NCBI GenBank assembly: GCA_038207085.1
Contig: JBBRAE010000017.1
Location: forward strand, 1 to 60,344
Length of the DNA: 60,344 nucleotides
Direction of reading: 5' to 3'
Source: Armatimonadota bacterium
Lineage (GTDB): Bacteria; Armatimonadota; UBA5829; DTLH01
The notes under the pieces are model-generated. The model saw only the letters and a program-made list of their open reading frames with translations, made no database searches and was not told the origin of the DNA. A program made the translations under genes and the position numbers. Each line of letters opens with the position of its first letter. Within the stretch, counting starts at the first letter, position 1. Positions 18,555 through 28,501 of the stretch are shown here, piece after piece.

Positions 18555-20366
18555 CTATGAATATCCATCAGGGCTTGCTACGACTTCACCTGTCTCTTCA
18601 AGAAGACTGAACTGCACGTCGTAAAGCTTGCGGTAGAGGCCGTCCATTTGAAGAAGCTCTTCGTGGGTGCCTAGTTCGGCGATCCGGCCGTCTTCAATGA
18701 CGAGAATCTTGTCGGCCTCGGCGATCGTCGAAAGGCGGTGGGCGACTACAAAGCTTGTGCGCCCGGCGAGGAGCTTTCTGAGCGCCTCCTGGATCACCAT
18801 CTCGGTGTAGGCGTCGACGCTTGAGGTCGCTTCGTCCAGGATCAAAATCTTGGGGTCGGCAAGAAGCGCGCGCACGAACGAGAGAAGCTGTTTCTGGCCC
18901 GTCGAGATGTTCGAAGCCCCTTCCTGAATCTCGGTGTTGTAGCTCCGGGCAAGCCCCGCGATGAACTCATGCACGCCAAGCGAACGCGCCGCGGCCTCCA
19001 CCTCCCCGTCGGTCGCATCCAGCCTGCCGTAGCGCAGGTTGTCCTTGACCGTCCCGGGGAACAGGAAGCTGTCCTGGAGGACAACGCCCATCTGGCTTCG
19101 AAGTGAGTGGGTAGTCACGTCCCGAATATCGACGCCATCGATCAGGATCTCTCCTCCGGTGATATCATACTGACGCGCCACGAGGCTTATAATCGTCGTT
19201 TTGCCCGCCCCCGTGGGCCCGACAAGGGCGATCGTGTCGCCTGCTCTAGCGGTAAAACTGACGCCTTTTAGAATGGGGGTATCGCCGTAGGCGAACGTCA
19301 CATTGCGGAACTCGACCTCTCCCCTGATTCGGGGCATTTCCACCGCGCCGGGTTTGTCCTGGATCGTCGGCTCGGTTTCGAGAATCTCAAAAATACGCTC
19401 GGCGCCCGCCATCGCGCTCTGCATAGTATAGTAAAACTGGCTCATGTTTTGCAGAGGGGTGAAGAAGCGGTCGATGTAGGCGATAAAAGCCCACACCATA
19501 CCCACCTTGAGCGCGCCCAGGAGCACCTGGTAGCCGCCGAAGGTGACAACGGTGCACTGCGCGACGGACTTGATGATCTCGATCATCGGCCAGATCACAG
19601 CAGAGACCCGCACCGCGTTCATCACCGCGCGCCGATTGTCGAGGTTGATCTGTTCAAAGCGCTTGAGGTTTTCTTCCTCACGGGAAAACGATTTGACCTC
19701 GCGAACGCCGGATACGTTCTCGGCAACGCTCGCGGTAACAGTCGCGACCTTCCTTCTAACGTCTCTGTAGGCCAGCCGCGCGCGCCCTCGGAAAAGAATC
19801 GTGATGATGAGCATCAGCGGCATCGCCGTAAAGGTCATGAGCGCGAGACGAAGGTCCATCTTGATCATCAACACGAGCACGCCGACCAGCATCAGGGAGT
19901 CGGTGACAAGCGACAGTGAGGCCGACGTGAGGAACTGGTTCAGCGCACCGACATCGCTTGTCAGGCGAGAGATAATCCGTCCGACCTCACGGTTGTCGAA
20001 AAAGTCGAGTGACTGGCTCTGAATGTGCAAAAAAAGTGTACGGCGAATGCTCAGAATTACCCGCTGGGCGAGACTTGCCACCAAGCGGCTCTGCACATAC
20101 TGGGTCAGCCAATAGAAGAGCCAGACCAGCACATAGCAGACCGAGAGCCGAACGAGGAGACCCGTGTTCCCCTTCATAATGCCGTCGTCGATTGCCATCT
20201 GCTGAAGCCACGGAGCCGTCAGGTTCGCCGCAGTGGTAAGAAACATTATCACAAGCGCGAGAACTACCCGGCGCATGTGCGGCTTTACGAATACGAACGC
20301 CTTCTTTGCGAGCCTTGCGTCAAAAGCTTTTCCGAGAATCTCGTCGTCAAACGCCTGATGTGCCAC
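18555..20366 (-). CDS. ABC exporter subunit (TMD+NBD), consensus-site half
   Basis: GPTGAGKT, ISTGQ, ILDEAT, VAHRLS; start moved to GTG 20366 behind GGAGG. Confidence 0.92.
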   Translation of the reverse strand: MAHQAFDDEILGKAFDARLAKKAFVFVKPHMRRVVLALVIMFLTTAANLTAPWLQQMAIDDGIMKGNTGLLVRLSVCYVLVWLFYWLTQYVQSRLVASLAQRVILSIRRTLFLHIQSQSLDFFDNREVGRIISRLTSDVGALNQFLTSASLSLVTDSLMLVGVLVLMIKMDLRLALMTFTAMPLMLIITILFRGRARLAYRDVRRKVATVTASVAENVSGVREVKSFSREEENLKRFEQINLDNRRAVMNAVRVSAVIWPMIEIIKSVAQCTVVTFGGYQVLLGALKVGMVWAFIAYIDRFFTPLQNMSQFYYTMQSAMAGAERIFEILETEPTIQDKPGAVEMPRIRGEVEFRNVTFAYGDTPILKGVSFTARAGDTIALVGPTGAGKTTIISLVARQYDITGGEILIDGVDIRDVTTHSLRSQMGVVLQDSFLFPGTVKDNLRYGRLDATDGEVEAAARSLGVHEFIAGLARSYNTEIQEGASNISTGQKQLLSFVRALLADPKILILDEATSSVDAYTEMVIQEALRKLLAGRTSFVVAHRLSTIAEADKILVIEDGRIAELGTHEELLQMDGLYRKLYDVQFSLLEETGEVVASPDGYS

Positions 20367-22104
20367 TTGGCTCCTCCGTAAGTTGAGCCCCAAACTGCAT
20401 GTTGAAAATCTCCGAGTAGAGCCCACCCGCGGCCAACAGATCGTCGTGGGTCCCGCTTTCGACGATTCGGCCCTTGTCGAGCACGATAATTCGGTTGGCT
20501 CGCTTGACTGTAGAGACTCGCTGGGCGATGACAAAGGTCGTCCGGCTCTCGGTAAGCGCGTTCAGGGCTTTTTGGATCTGCGACTCGGTTTCAGTGTCGA
20601 CGCTTGAGGTCGCATCGTCTAAGATTAAGATCGGTGGGTTCATCAGAATCGCCCGGGCGATCGCGATCCTCTGCTTTTGCCCGCCGGAAAGGTTCACGCC
20701 GCGCTCGCCGATCTTGGTGCTATAGCCATCAGGAAGCCCAATGATAAACTCGTGTATGTTTGCAGCGCGCGCGGCCTCCATCACCTGCTCAAGCGGCGCG
20801 CCGGGGCGGCCGTAGGCGATGTTCTCGTATGCCGTGTCCCCGAAAAGAAACGTCTCCTGGGAAACCAGTCCGATGTGGCGGCGAAGTGATTCGAGCTTGT
20901 ACTCGCGGATGTCGCGCCCGTCTATCAGGATTGCCCCTTCGGTCACGTCGTAGAAGCGCGGGAGCAGGTTGATCACGGTCGATTTGCCGGACCCCGTCGG
21001 CCCCATCACCGCGATCATCTGGCCGGGTTCGACTCTGAGGTTGATCCCCGAAAGCGCGCGGCTGCCGTCAGCATAGGTGAACGAGACGTTGCTGAACGCC
21101 ACCGCGCCCTGGCAGTTCTTGATCTCGTGCCGCCCGTCGCGGACCTGGGTTTCGGCGTGGGTGTCGAGGATTTCGAATATTCTATCGGCTGAGACGACCG
21201 CGTTTTTGGTCATGTTGGCGATCCAACCCGTGATCCTGATCGGCCAAACGATCCAGCCCACATACATCAAAAACTGAAGAAACTCATCCAGCGAAAGGGT
21301 CTTGTGCACCACCATTAATCCGCCATAACCCATGACAAACGTGACGCCAAACGCCGCGATAAAGTCTACCATAGGCAGATAAAGCGCCGAAATCCGCGCC
21401 GCCTCAAGGTTTAGCGCGACAAGCCCACTTGCCTCACGGTCGAACTTCTCAGTCTCGAATTTCTCGCGAGCAAACGCCTTGACTACCCTGATCCCCATAA
21501 CATTCTGCTGAATCTTTGCAGTCATATCGCCGAACTGGTTTTGCACGCTCGCAAGCACAGGCCCCACTTTTCTGCTGTAGATGAGCACGACAACCATAAG
21601 AATCGGCATCGGGGCGAAGGAAGCCAGGGCAAGCTTCCAGTTCAACAGAAAGCATGCGATGGATATTCCGATAATAACCACGATGTTGGTGGTAATCCAC
21701 ATCATGGCGTCAGCGAGGAACCCCTGCAGCGCCTCGACGTCGGCGGTAGAGCGGGAAATAAGCTGCCCGGTCTCGGCCTCATCGTGGTAGCTAAAGGAAA
21801 GGCGCTGGATGTGGTCAAAGAGCCTGTTGCGGATGTCGAAGATGGTCCGCTGCGCCGTATACTGGACAAGGTTCGTCCTCGCGTAAATGAAGAACGCCTT
21901 GACGATGTGCATCCCGACGAGCAGCAGCCCAAGGTTGCGGGCCAGTATATAGTTGTGGTTCTTCACCCCGACGCCGATTGCGCCACCGATTACCTTCGGG
22001 GTCGCAAGAGAGAACGCTTCGACGGCAAGCATCGTGAGAAGCGAGAGCATCGCCCATTTCCAGTATTTCTTGTAGAAGCCAAGCAGCCTCCAAATTGTTC
22101 GCAT
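20347..22104 (-). CDS. ABC exporter subunit (TMD+NBD), degenerate-site half; TM287/288-type heterodimer with the neighbouring gene
   Basis: GPTGSGKS, LSGGQ, ILDDAT (catalytic E replaced by D), IAQR (switch H replaced by Q). Confidence 0.92.
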   Translation of the reverse strand: MRTIWRLLGFYKKYWKWAMLSLLTMLAVEAFSLATPKVIGGAIGVGVKNHNYILARNLGLLLVGMHIVKAFFIYARTNLVQYTAQRTIFDIRNRLFDHIQRLSFSYHDEAETGQLISRSTADVEALQGFLADAMMWITTNIVVIIGISIACFLLNWKLALASFAPMPILMVVVLIYSRKVGPVLASVQNQFGDMTAKIQQNVMGIRVVKAFAREKFETEKFDREASGLVALNLEAARISALYLPMVDFIAAFGVTFVMGYGGLMVVHKTLSLDEFLQFLMYVGWIVWPIRITGWIANMTKNAVVSADRIFEILDTHAETQVRDGRHEIKNCQGAVAFSNVSFTYADGSRALSGINLRVEPGQMIAVMGPTGSGKSTVINLLPRFYDVTEGAILIDGRDIREYKLESLRRHIGLVSQETFLFGDTAYENIAYGRPGAPLEQVMEAARAANIHEFIIGLPDGYSTKIGERGVNLSGGQKQRIAIARAILMNPPILILDDATSSVDTETESQIQKALNALTESRTTFVIAQRVSTVKRANRIIVLDKGRIVESGTHDDLLAAGGLYSEIFNMQFGAQLTEEPSGTSGV

Positions 22105-22305
22105 ACCCAGTCACCAAGCTTTGATTCGGCCAGTTGGTGTCGCCCCAAGGGGACGCACAGTTTACCCCTTAACCACTGATATGGAAAATCCTGCGAGATA
22201 TGTGACTTTGTTTGAGAATATACGCAAAAGAAGAAAATCAGGGGCAATCGTCTGCTGAGGATGTGAGAAGTGTGCTTCGACCAGCGCCGAAGCACACCGA
22301 AAAAC

Positions 22306-22794
22306 CTAACGCATGCCACCGGCGGTACTTATCCCAATCACGGCAGCCAAGCAGCCGCCGATGATTCCGAGCACAACGCCGCAGATGAAAACCGCGACTC
22401 CCCACTTCGTCCAAACCTTCTGGCAGTCATTGAAGTCCTGCACGCTGCTGAACTGTCGGTTCTTCCAACCCCACTCGTTGCCCTTGATGAGCAGAACGAT
22501 CGACATAACGATGCCGACGTAGGGCAGCAGGCAGAGCAGACCGATCCACGTGCTGTGCGCGATCGACCAGATAGGACCAAGGAGGAATGCACCCCAGTTG
22601 AGCTTGCCGGCGATTTCAACCGGCACACCCTCGGCGTTCAGCACGGGGCCACTTGCCCCAACAGGCTGGCTGGCATAGCCGGTCGTCAGCGGCGGAGCAG
22701 TCGCTGTCGCCGGAACGCTTCCGGTAGACTCTCCGCACCATCCGCAGGACACTGCGCCGTCGGAGACTTCTTTTCCACACTTACTACAGATCAT
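22306..22794 (-). CDS. Zinc-ribbon membrane protein
   Basis: CSKCG..CGWCG N-terminus; NWGAFLLGPIW...KGNEWGW membrane domain. Confidence 0.8.
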   Translation of the reverse strand: MICSKCGKEVSDGAVSCGWCGESTGSVPATATAPPLTTGYASQPVGASGPVLNAEGVPVEIAGKLNWGAFLLGPIWSIAHSTWIGLLCLLPYVGIVMSIVLLIKGNEWGWKNRQFSSVQDFNDCQKVWTKWGVAVFICGVVLGIIGGCLAAVIGISTAGGMR

Positions 22795-22848
22795 TTGTGT
22801 AATCCCTTTCTCAAGTTATGGAGACATCTTGACACTGAAGAGACCTGC

Positions 22849-23289
22849 TTACTTGATAAACCTTATGCAGAGGGGGTATCGATAATACTCACCGTAGTTC
22901 GCTCGAATTGAGGCGACTATCATCGCCACGATCTGGAATATGATAAGCGCGATTGCCGCGGGTACCGCGATAATGAGACCGATGATGGTGATCGCCACGA
23001 GGAACAAGATAACCCCGTAGATCATCAGGCTGATATGGAAGTTGAGCGATTCCTTGGCCTGGTCATCGACGAGCGCGCTTTCTTTGCCTTTCACAAGCAG
23101 TATGATAAGCGGCGCGAGGAATGAGAGGTAAAACGTGCTAAAGATGAGAATCAGCGGCAGCAGGTGACAGAGCATCGCCCAGGTGCGCTCGTCGCCCGGC
23201 AGGCTCATAGCCTGCCGTGTCGGGGCTCCGCACTGCGGACACACCGTCGCGCGATCATCAATCTGCTGACCACAACTGCTGCAATACAT
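22849..23289 (-). CDS. Zinc-ribbon + DUF4870-type membrane protein
   Basis: MYCSSCG..CPQCG; ERTWAMLCHL...QAKESLNF...YRYP; start moved to ATG 23289. Confidence 0.85.
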   Translation of the reverse strand: MYCSSCGQQIDDRATVCPQCGAPTRQAMSLPGDERTWAMLCHLLPLILIFSTFYLSFLAPLIILLVKGKESALVDDQAKESLNFHISLMIYGVILFLVAITIIGLIIAVPAAIALIIFQIVAMIVASIRANYGEYYRYPLCIRFIK

Positions 23290-23385
23290 AACAAGGCTCC
23301 TTTGCCTCCTTCGCAAACAGGCGCATCTGTGCGCTCTATCGCTCGGGTATATATGACGATTCACCGTAAGCCCGGCTGTTTCCTT

Positions 23386-23630
23386 CTACCGAAAATGTCG
23401 TGCGACCTCAGACATATACACGCGACCCAGCCACTCCGAGTTTTATCTTACCCAGAGGGAGAGTTTCGTGCTGCCCGTGGGCGGGTTTGAGGACACCAGC
23501 AGGTTGTCGAGCAGCCCACCGACCTCCTCACCGAAGGGGCTCGTCCTCCCCTGCCGAGAAGTCGACTCGTGATATGCATGCCGGTGTAACCGAATGCGCC
23601 GGTGACTATGTTGAGATTGCTATCTGCCAT
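23386..23630 (-). pseudogene. Internally deleted NAD-dependent epimerase/SDR pseudogene
   Basis: N-terminal VTGAFGYTG Rossmann motif joined out of frame to EEVGGLLDNLLVSSNPPTGSTKLSLWVR*NSEWLGRVYMSEVARHFR*. Confidence 0.7.
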
Positions 23631-23674
23631 ATATACTCCCGCAACAGCGGATCAAGATAGAAGACCTTCAACGT

Positions 23675-24115
23675 TCACGCATACGGCGGATACTTCACCT
23701 TTAACCACTGTCTTACAAGCCTGTCAAACGCTTCCACTTCACGAAAGAGTTCATCAGATTCATCTCTGCTGACCACCGAACTCTGGTGATACATCGCCGA
23801 ACTGCGTTTTGCCCTGCAGGTCTGGAAATATATCGCAATTTCTGAGACTTCCTCGCCCATCAGGTCAGGCAGGGCATTGAACACCGACCAATGGTGCCCT
23901 TCGCCACGGGTGCGATATCCCGCACAACGCAACGGAATCGTAGACAAGAGCAGAGCGCCATCGTAGGCAAGTGTGAATCGTCCCTCCGATGAGAGTCCCT
24001 TGGCAGCAGCATCTTAAACAGAACGCGCTACCACCCTCAGTAGCTCCTGGACTTCGTTTCTAGACGTGTCTTGCCTGACTACGTTCCCGCCGTCAATCAA
24101 TTCATTCAAGCCCAT
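23675..24115 (-). pseudogene. HEPN-domain toxin with a premature TAA at codon 34 (24014-24016)
   Basis: MGLNELIDG...RSV*DAAAKGLSSEGRFTLAYDGAL...GYR..GEGHH...CRAKRSSAMY in one frame; overlaps the MNT stop. Confidence 0.75.
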
Positions 24116-24671
24116 CCTTATCCCCCATCAGAAACAGTTTTGGAGCATCCATCAGCGTCGATACAAAGTGGTCACCTAGCTGCAGGCGTTCACGAAATTC
24201 CCCAAGAGATATAACAGTTGGATTGATCACCCGACCAACGTTCACACCGCTTAGCGACGACACCAGATTGCGAAGACTGACTCTCCCAATGACGAAAAGA
24301 TCGATATCGCTTTCGGACCGAACATCACCACGAGCGTAGGAGCCATAAATGAACGCCGCAACGACATCATCTACCAAAGGTTCGAGCGCTGATTTCAGCA
24401 CATCCGCAACACCGACGGTCTTGACGAACATAGACCGCAATTCCGGCACAACCGGACATCGCTCATTAACCGTGTAGTAAGTCTGCCTGCCACTTACCTC
24501 GCGCAACAGCACTCCGGCGTCCGTCAGTCGCTTGAGCTCCACCTGAACGCTTCGTAGTGGAATGGCAGCCGTCACAGCAAGCTCCCGCAGATAGAACCGT
24601 CCCTGTGGGTCAAGAAGCAGATGCTTCAGCACCTCAATTCTCGACTTCGAAACAAAAAGCGCATCAAGCAT
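24102..24671 (-). CDS. Winged-HTH + minimal nucleotidyltransferase (MNT) antitoxin
   Basis: YLRELA..ELKRL HTH; AFIYGSYARG...SDIDLFVIG. Confidence 0.88.
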   Translation of the reverse strand: MLDALFVSKSRIEVLKHLLLDPQGRFYLRELAVTAAIPLRSVQVELKRLTDAGVLLREVSGRQTYYTVNERCPVVPELRSMFVKTVGVADVLKSALEPLVDDVVAAFIYGSYARGDVRSESDIDLFVIGRVSLRNLVSSLSGVNVGRVINPTVISLGEFRERLQLGDHFVSTLMDAPKLFLMGDKDGLE

Positions 24672-24684
24672 AGACCACCTCATC

Positions 24685-24730
24685 GTATGTTAATTCCATA
24701 CAATTGTATAATATTAACATACAATGTCAA
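24685..24730 (-). promoter_or_regulatory. Promoter and 38-bp palindromic operator of the MNT-HEPN operon
   Basis: TTGACA (24730-24725)-16 nt-TACAAT (24708-24703); GTATGTTAAT-tcc-ATACAATTGTAT-aat-ATTAACATAC. Confidence 0.7.
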
Positions 24731-24828
24731 GCGGCAGATCCGACCCGCTATCTGACTCTTTCCTCTTCACGCGGCATGCAGAAATCCACTATGACGCTCG
24801 GTTCAACCTGTATGTGCACGCTCATAGA

Positions 24829-26100
24829 CTACCCAATCACATCCACACCCATATACGGACGAAGCACCTCGGGGACGATGATCGTTCCATCGGGCTGCTG
24901 GTAGTTCTCGATGATCGCGATTACCGTTCTTGGTAGCGCGACGCCGGAGCCGTTTAGCGTGTGGACGAACTCTGGCTTTGCGCCGAACTCTCTTCGGAAC
25001 CGGATGCTGCCTCGGCGGGCCTGGAAGTCTTCGCAGTTTGAACAGCTCGACACCTCAAGCCACGTGCCAACGCCTGGGCTCCATACTTCAAGGTCGTAGG
25101 TCTTGGCGGAGCTAAAACCCATATCACCGGTGCAAAGGAGAATGACCCGGTATGTGAGGCCGAGATTCTGGAGGACCTCTTCGGCGTCGTGGGTCATCTT
25201 CTCCAGCTCGTCGTAGCTCTCTTCGGGGCGGGCGTATTTGACCATCTCGACTTTGTCGAACTGATGCACGCGCAAGAGTCCACGAGTGTCTTTGCCCGCG
25301 GAACCGGCCTCGCGCCTGAAGCAGGGGGTGTAGGCGGTCATGTATTTCGGGACGCTCTCGCCGTCTAGTATCTCACTGTTGTAGATGTTGGTCACGGGGA
25401 CCTCGGCGGTTGGGATCAGGAACAGGTCGTCGTCGGGCAGGCGATACATATCGTACTCGAACTTCGGCAGCTGCCCGGTGCCGGTCATGGTCGCCCGGTT
25501 GACGATGAAGGGCGGGAGTATCTCCTGGTAGCCGTGCTCGCGGGTGTGCAGGTCGAGCATATAGTTGATCAACGCCCGCTCAAGCCGCGCGCCGAGACCC
25601 TTGTAGAGTATGAAACCGCTGCCTGAAAGCTTGGTGCCGCGCTCGAAGTCGATGATATCTAGCGTTTTGGCGATGTCCCAGTGAGCCTGTGGCTCGAAGT
25701 CGAACTGCTTCTGCTCGCCCCAGGTGCGCACGATCGGGTTGTCGCTTGCGTCCTTGCCAATCGGTACAGACTCATGCGGGAGGTTCGGGACACGCATCAG
25801 GATGTCCTCAGCTTCGGCGTCAAGCTCGGCGAACTTTGCGTCGAGCTCCTTGATCTTCTCAGACACGCCGCGCATTCGCTCGATCTCTGAGATGGCGTCC
25901 ACCTTCTCGCGCTTCATCTTGGCGATCTCTTCGGAAACTTTGTTGCGCTCGGCTTTCAGCACCTCGGACTCGGTGAGAAGCTTTCGGCGCTCTTCGTCGA
26001 GGGCGAGAAACTTGTCGATCTGCTCCGTCGAGTCCTGTCGGTTGACAAGCGCCTGTCGGACCTTGTCGGGATTTGTGCGTACCATTTTTGCGTCAAGCAT
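24829..26100 (-). CDS. serS: Serine--tRNA ligase
   Basis: [48 protein letters not shown]. Confidence 0.98.
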   Translation of the reverse strand: MLDAKMVRTNPDKVRQALVNRQDSTEQIDKFLALDEERRKLLTESEVLKAERNKVSEEIAKMKREKVDAISEIERMRGVSEKIKELDAKFAELDAEAEDILMRVPNLPHESVPIGKDASDNPIVRTWGEQKQFDFEPQAHWDIAKTLDIIDFERGTKLSGSGFILYKGLGARLERALINYMLDLHTREHGYQEILPPFIVNRATMTGTGQLPKFEYDMYRLPDDDLFLIPTAEVPVTNIYNSEILDGESVPKYMTAYTPCFRREAGSAGKDTRGLLRVHQFDKVEMVKYARPEESYDELEKMTHDAEEVLQNLGLTYRVILLCTGDMGFSSAKTYDLEVWSPGVGTWLEVSSCSNCEDFQARRGSIRFRREFGAKPEFVHTLNGSGVALPRTVIAIIENYQQPDGTIIVPEVLRPYMGVDVIG

Positions 26101-26263
26101 ATCTAGCTTGGCCGTCAGCCGTCAGCAATCAGCGGTGTCCGCCGATAGCAGAGGGCCGATGACCGTCCTCCTTTTGTCACGTCTCGTTGCATCATTCTAA
26201 AGTCTGGCGGGCAGGCTGTCAAGGACGGGGCCGAAGCTGGTGTCCGTTGGGTCGGCGGAGTAC

Positions 26264-26443
26264 GTTGGCCCGGATTGCGCCGATGTTGGCCCGGATTTGC
26301 AATCCGGGGCCTGATGGCAAACAAGGGATCTGTGATCCCGGTATTTCGACTGTGCCCAATCTACCGGCATCACAGATGCCTACCCGGCCCAAACGTCCCG
26401 GATAACATATCCGGACGAACAGTTGGTACAGATCCGGACGAAC
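26264..26443. repeat. Composite REP/BIME-like repeat, copy B (expanded)
   Basis: Collinear with 15343-15478; two ATCCGGACGAAC terminal units. Confidence 0.85.
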
Positions 26444-26484
26444 TATAACCCGATCCCCGTTCGCCCACGCTTTGTTGGGCCAAA

Positions 26485-28353
26485 TCAACTCTTCGGCCGG
26501 ACCGTCCTGCCGTCTAGCCATTTCCGGGTCAGAAACACGTGCATCTCACAGTGCGCGCAGTCGAAACGAACCTCAAGCTTGTCACCTTCACCACTTATCA
26601 GAAAGACAGGTGAAGCGTCGGCTGAGCGATCGATCTTCGGGCAGGCCCCCGACTCATGACGCAGGCAGTAACGGGTCGTCATCACCTGTTTGCCCAAAAG
26701 ATCCATGCCGGACTCGGCGGCGCGATCGATCGACTGAACCCCGTGACGCTTGTAAAACGCAGCGGCGCGGCTGTTCAGGACGTTTCCGTGGTAATCGAGC
26801 GTCTTTTCAGGATAGGGGACGTCGTTTTTCGCGATCTCTCCCGTCTCCCGAGGGCGCAGCCGGTCGCGCTCAGTCCGCAGCAGCCCGATTGCCCCTCGCC
26901 GAAGCTCGTTAATCTTGGACATCGACAGGAATGGGACGTTCTCAAGCTCTACCACAACCCCTGAGCAGTCAAACGCGCTGTCACCGGTCTTGGTAAGCTG
27001 AGACTGGATCGTCTCAAGCGACCGTTCCGGCGTGTTGGCGGGGACTTTTTCATTCACAAGCTCAAACTCGACCGAGATGCCGTCTTCGTCGGTCGCGTTA
27101 AGCACAAAGCCGTCGGGTGACTCGCGAAGGGCGAACTCCACGGCAATCTTACGTTCTGCATGGTTCTTCGCAAGCCGCTGAAGAAACTTGTGGTCATGGT
27201 TTCTCAATAGCTGGACGCCTGATTGGATGCCATCGATCTTGTCCGGCGTCACGATTTTGCCGTCGACTCTGTTGATGGTCGTCCCAACAAGCGCTCCGTA
27301 CGTGTTGAAGAAGCATACTCCGTCGCCGGGGTGAAGCTCCGCCGACCCCTCGAACACAAACGACTTCGCGCCGACCGAAGCGACCCGACCGACGACCTCG
27401 CCGATCATCTTGGGGGTGTCGGGGCAGCCAAGATGTTCTTTTCGCCCGTATAGGAAGTGTTTGCCGTATCCACGGTTAAATGTCTTCAAGATATCAGGAG
27501 TGAATCCCGGGTTGCTTGTGCCGGAGGACGATTTCACAAACCCCATCTCGGGCAGGAGCTCGTCGAGCTTGGCACGGTAGGCCGCGACGACGTTTGACAC
27601 GTAGGCGCGGTCCTTCAAGCGTCCCTCGATCTTGAAGGAGGTTACACCGGCGTCGATAAGCTCGCGCAGGTCCTCGGAAAGGTTCAGGTCGCGGATCGAG
27701 AGCAGATGCTTGTCGCGCGCAATCACCCTCCCCTGCCTGTCCTCAAGCGTGTAGAGCTTGCGGCAGGGCTGGGCGCACTGGCCACGGTTGCCGCTCCGTC
27801 CGCCGATCGCGTAGCTCAAGTAGCACTGCCCGCTGTAACTGACGCAGAGCGCTCCATGCACGAAGTATTCGAGCTCGATGCTGGTTTGCTCGCGTATGGA
27901 CTTGATTTGCTCCAAGTCGAGCTCACGGGCAAGGATCGCGCGGCTGATTCCAATATCTTCGAGAAACTTCACCCGCTCGGGGGTGTTGTTGTGCATCTGG
28001 GTGCTTGCGATGATCGGGACCGGAGGAAGCTCGCTCTCAAGAAGCCCCGCGTCCTGGACGATCACGGCATCTACGCCTGCCTTGTAAAGCTCCCGGATCG
28101 TCGCAAGCGCGGGGGCAATCTCTTCGTCGTGAAGAAGCGTGTTGACGGTCACGTATACCCGAGCCCAATACCTGTGGGCGTGCTCGATCAGGCGCGAGAT
28201 GTCCTCGACGCTCGTTCCGGCAGCCTCACGCGCTCCAAACTTTGGCCCGCCGATGTACACCGCGTCCGCGCCACAGTCGATCGCCGCTATCCCGCACTCC
28301 AGGTCCCGCGCAGGGGCAAGAAGTTCAATTTTTCGAATATTCAAAATGCTCAT
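26485..28353 (-). CDS. U32 family protein with a DUF3656-type extension (RlhA-like rRNA hydroxylation candidate)
   Basis: ELLAPA, GADAVYIGG, FVHGALCVSYSGQC, NRGQCAQPCR, FKIEGRLK. Confidence 0.9.
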   Translation of the reverse strand: MSILNIRKIELLAPARDLECGIAAIDCGADAVYIGGPKFGAREAAGTSVEDISRLIEHAHRYWARVYVTVNTLLHDEEIAPALATIRELYKAGVDAVIVQDAGLLESELPPVPIIASTQMHNNTPERVKFLEDIGISRAILARELDLEQIKSIREQTSIELEYFVHGALCVSYSGQCYLSYAIGGRSGNRGQCAQPCRKLYTLEDRQGRVIARDKHLLSIRDLNLSEDLRELIDAGVTSFKIEGRLKDRAYVSNVVAAYRAKLDELLPEMGFVKSSSGTSNPGFTPDILKTFNRGYGKHFLYGRKEHLGCPDTPKMIGEVVGRVASVGAKSFVFEGSAELHPGDGVCFFNTYGALVGTTINRVDGKIVTPDKIDGIQSGVQLLRNHDHKFLQRLAKNHAERKIAVEFALRESPDGFVLNATDEDGISVEFELVNEKVPANTPERSLETIQSQLTKTGDSAFDCSGVVVELENVPFLSMSKINELRRGAIGLLRTERDRLRPRETGEIAKNDVPYPEKTLDYHGNVLNSRAAAFYKRHGVQSIDRAAESGMDLLGKQVMTTRYCLRHESGACPKIDRSADASPVFLISGEGDKLEVRFDCAHCEMHVFLTRKWLDGRTVRPKS

Positions 28354-28368
28354 ATACTCCTACAGACA

Positions 28369-28406
28369 CCCCTCACCCCGGCCCTCACCATCAATGGGAG
28401 AGGGGG
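28369..28406. repeat. CCCTCACCCC-type palindromic repeat
   Basis: CCCCTCACCCCGGCCCTCACCATCAATGGGAGAGGGGG resembles the widespread CCCTCACCCC..CCCTCTCCC-N-GGGAGAGGG element. Confidence 0.55.
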
Positions 28407-28436
28407 ATGATTCTGACTATATTATACTCCAAACGC

Positions 28437-28476
28437 AAAAGCGGCCCCGCCGTCGACTAATGAACAGCGGGGCCGC
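28437..28476 (-). terminator. rpoD terminator
   Basis: GCGGCCCCGC/GCGGGGCCGC stem plus TTTT on the minus strand. Confidence 0.65.
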
Positions 28477-28501
28477 GCACTTACTTGTTCAGGCTCCGGG
28501 C

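Noticed and set aside
26100..26260. T-box leader for serS
   Set aside because: No AGGGTGGNACCGCG motif; the region is occupied by repeats
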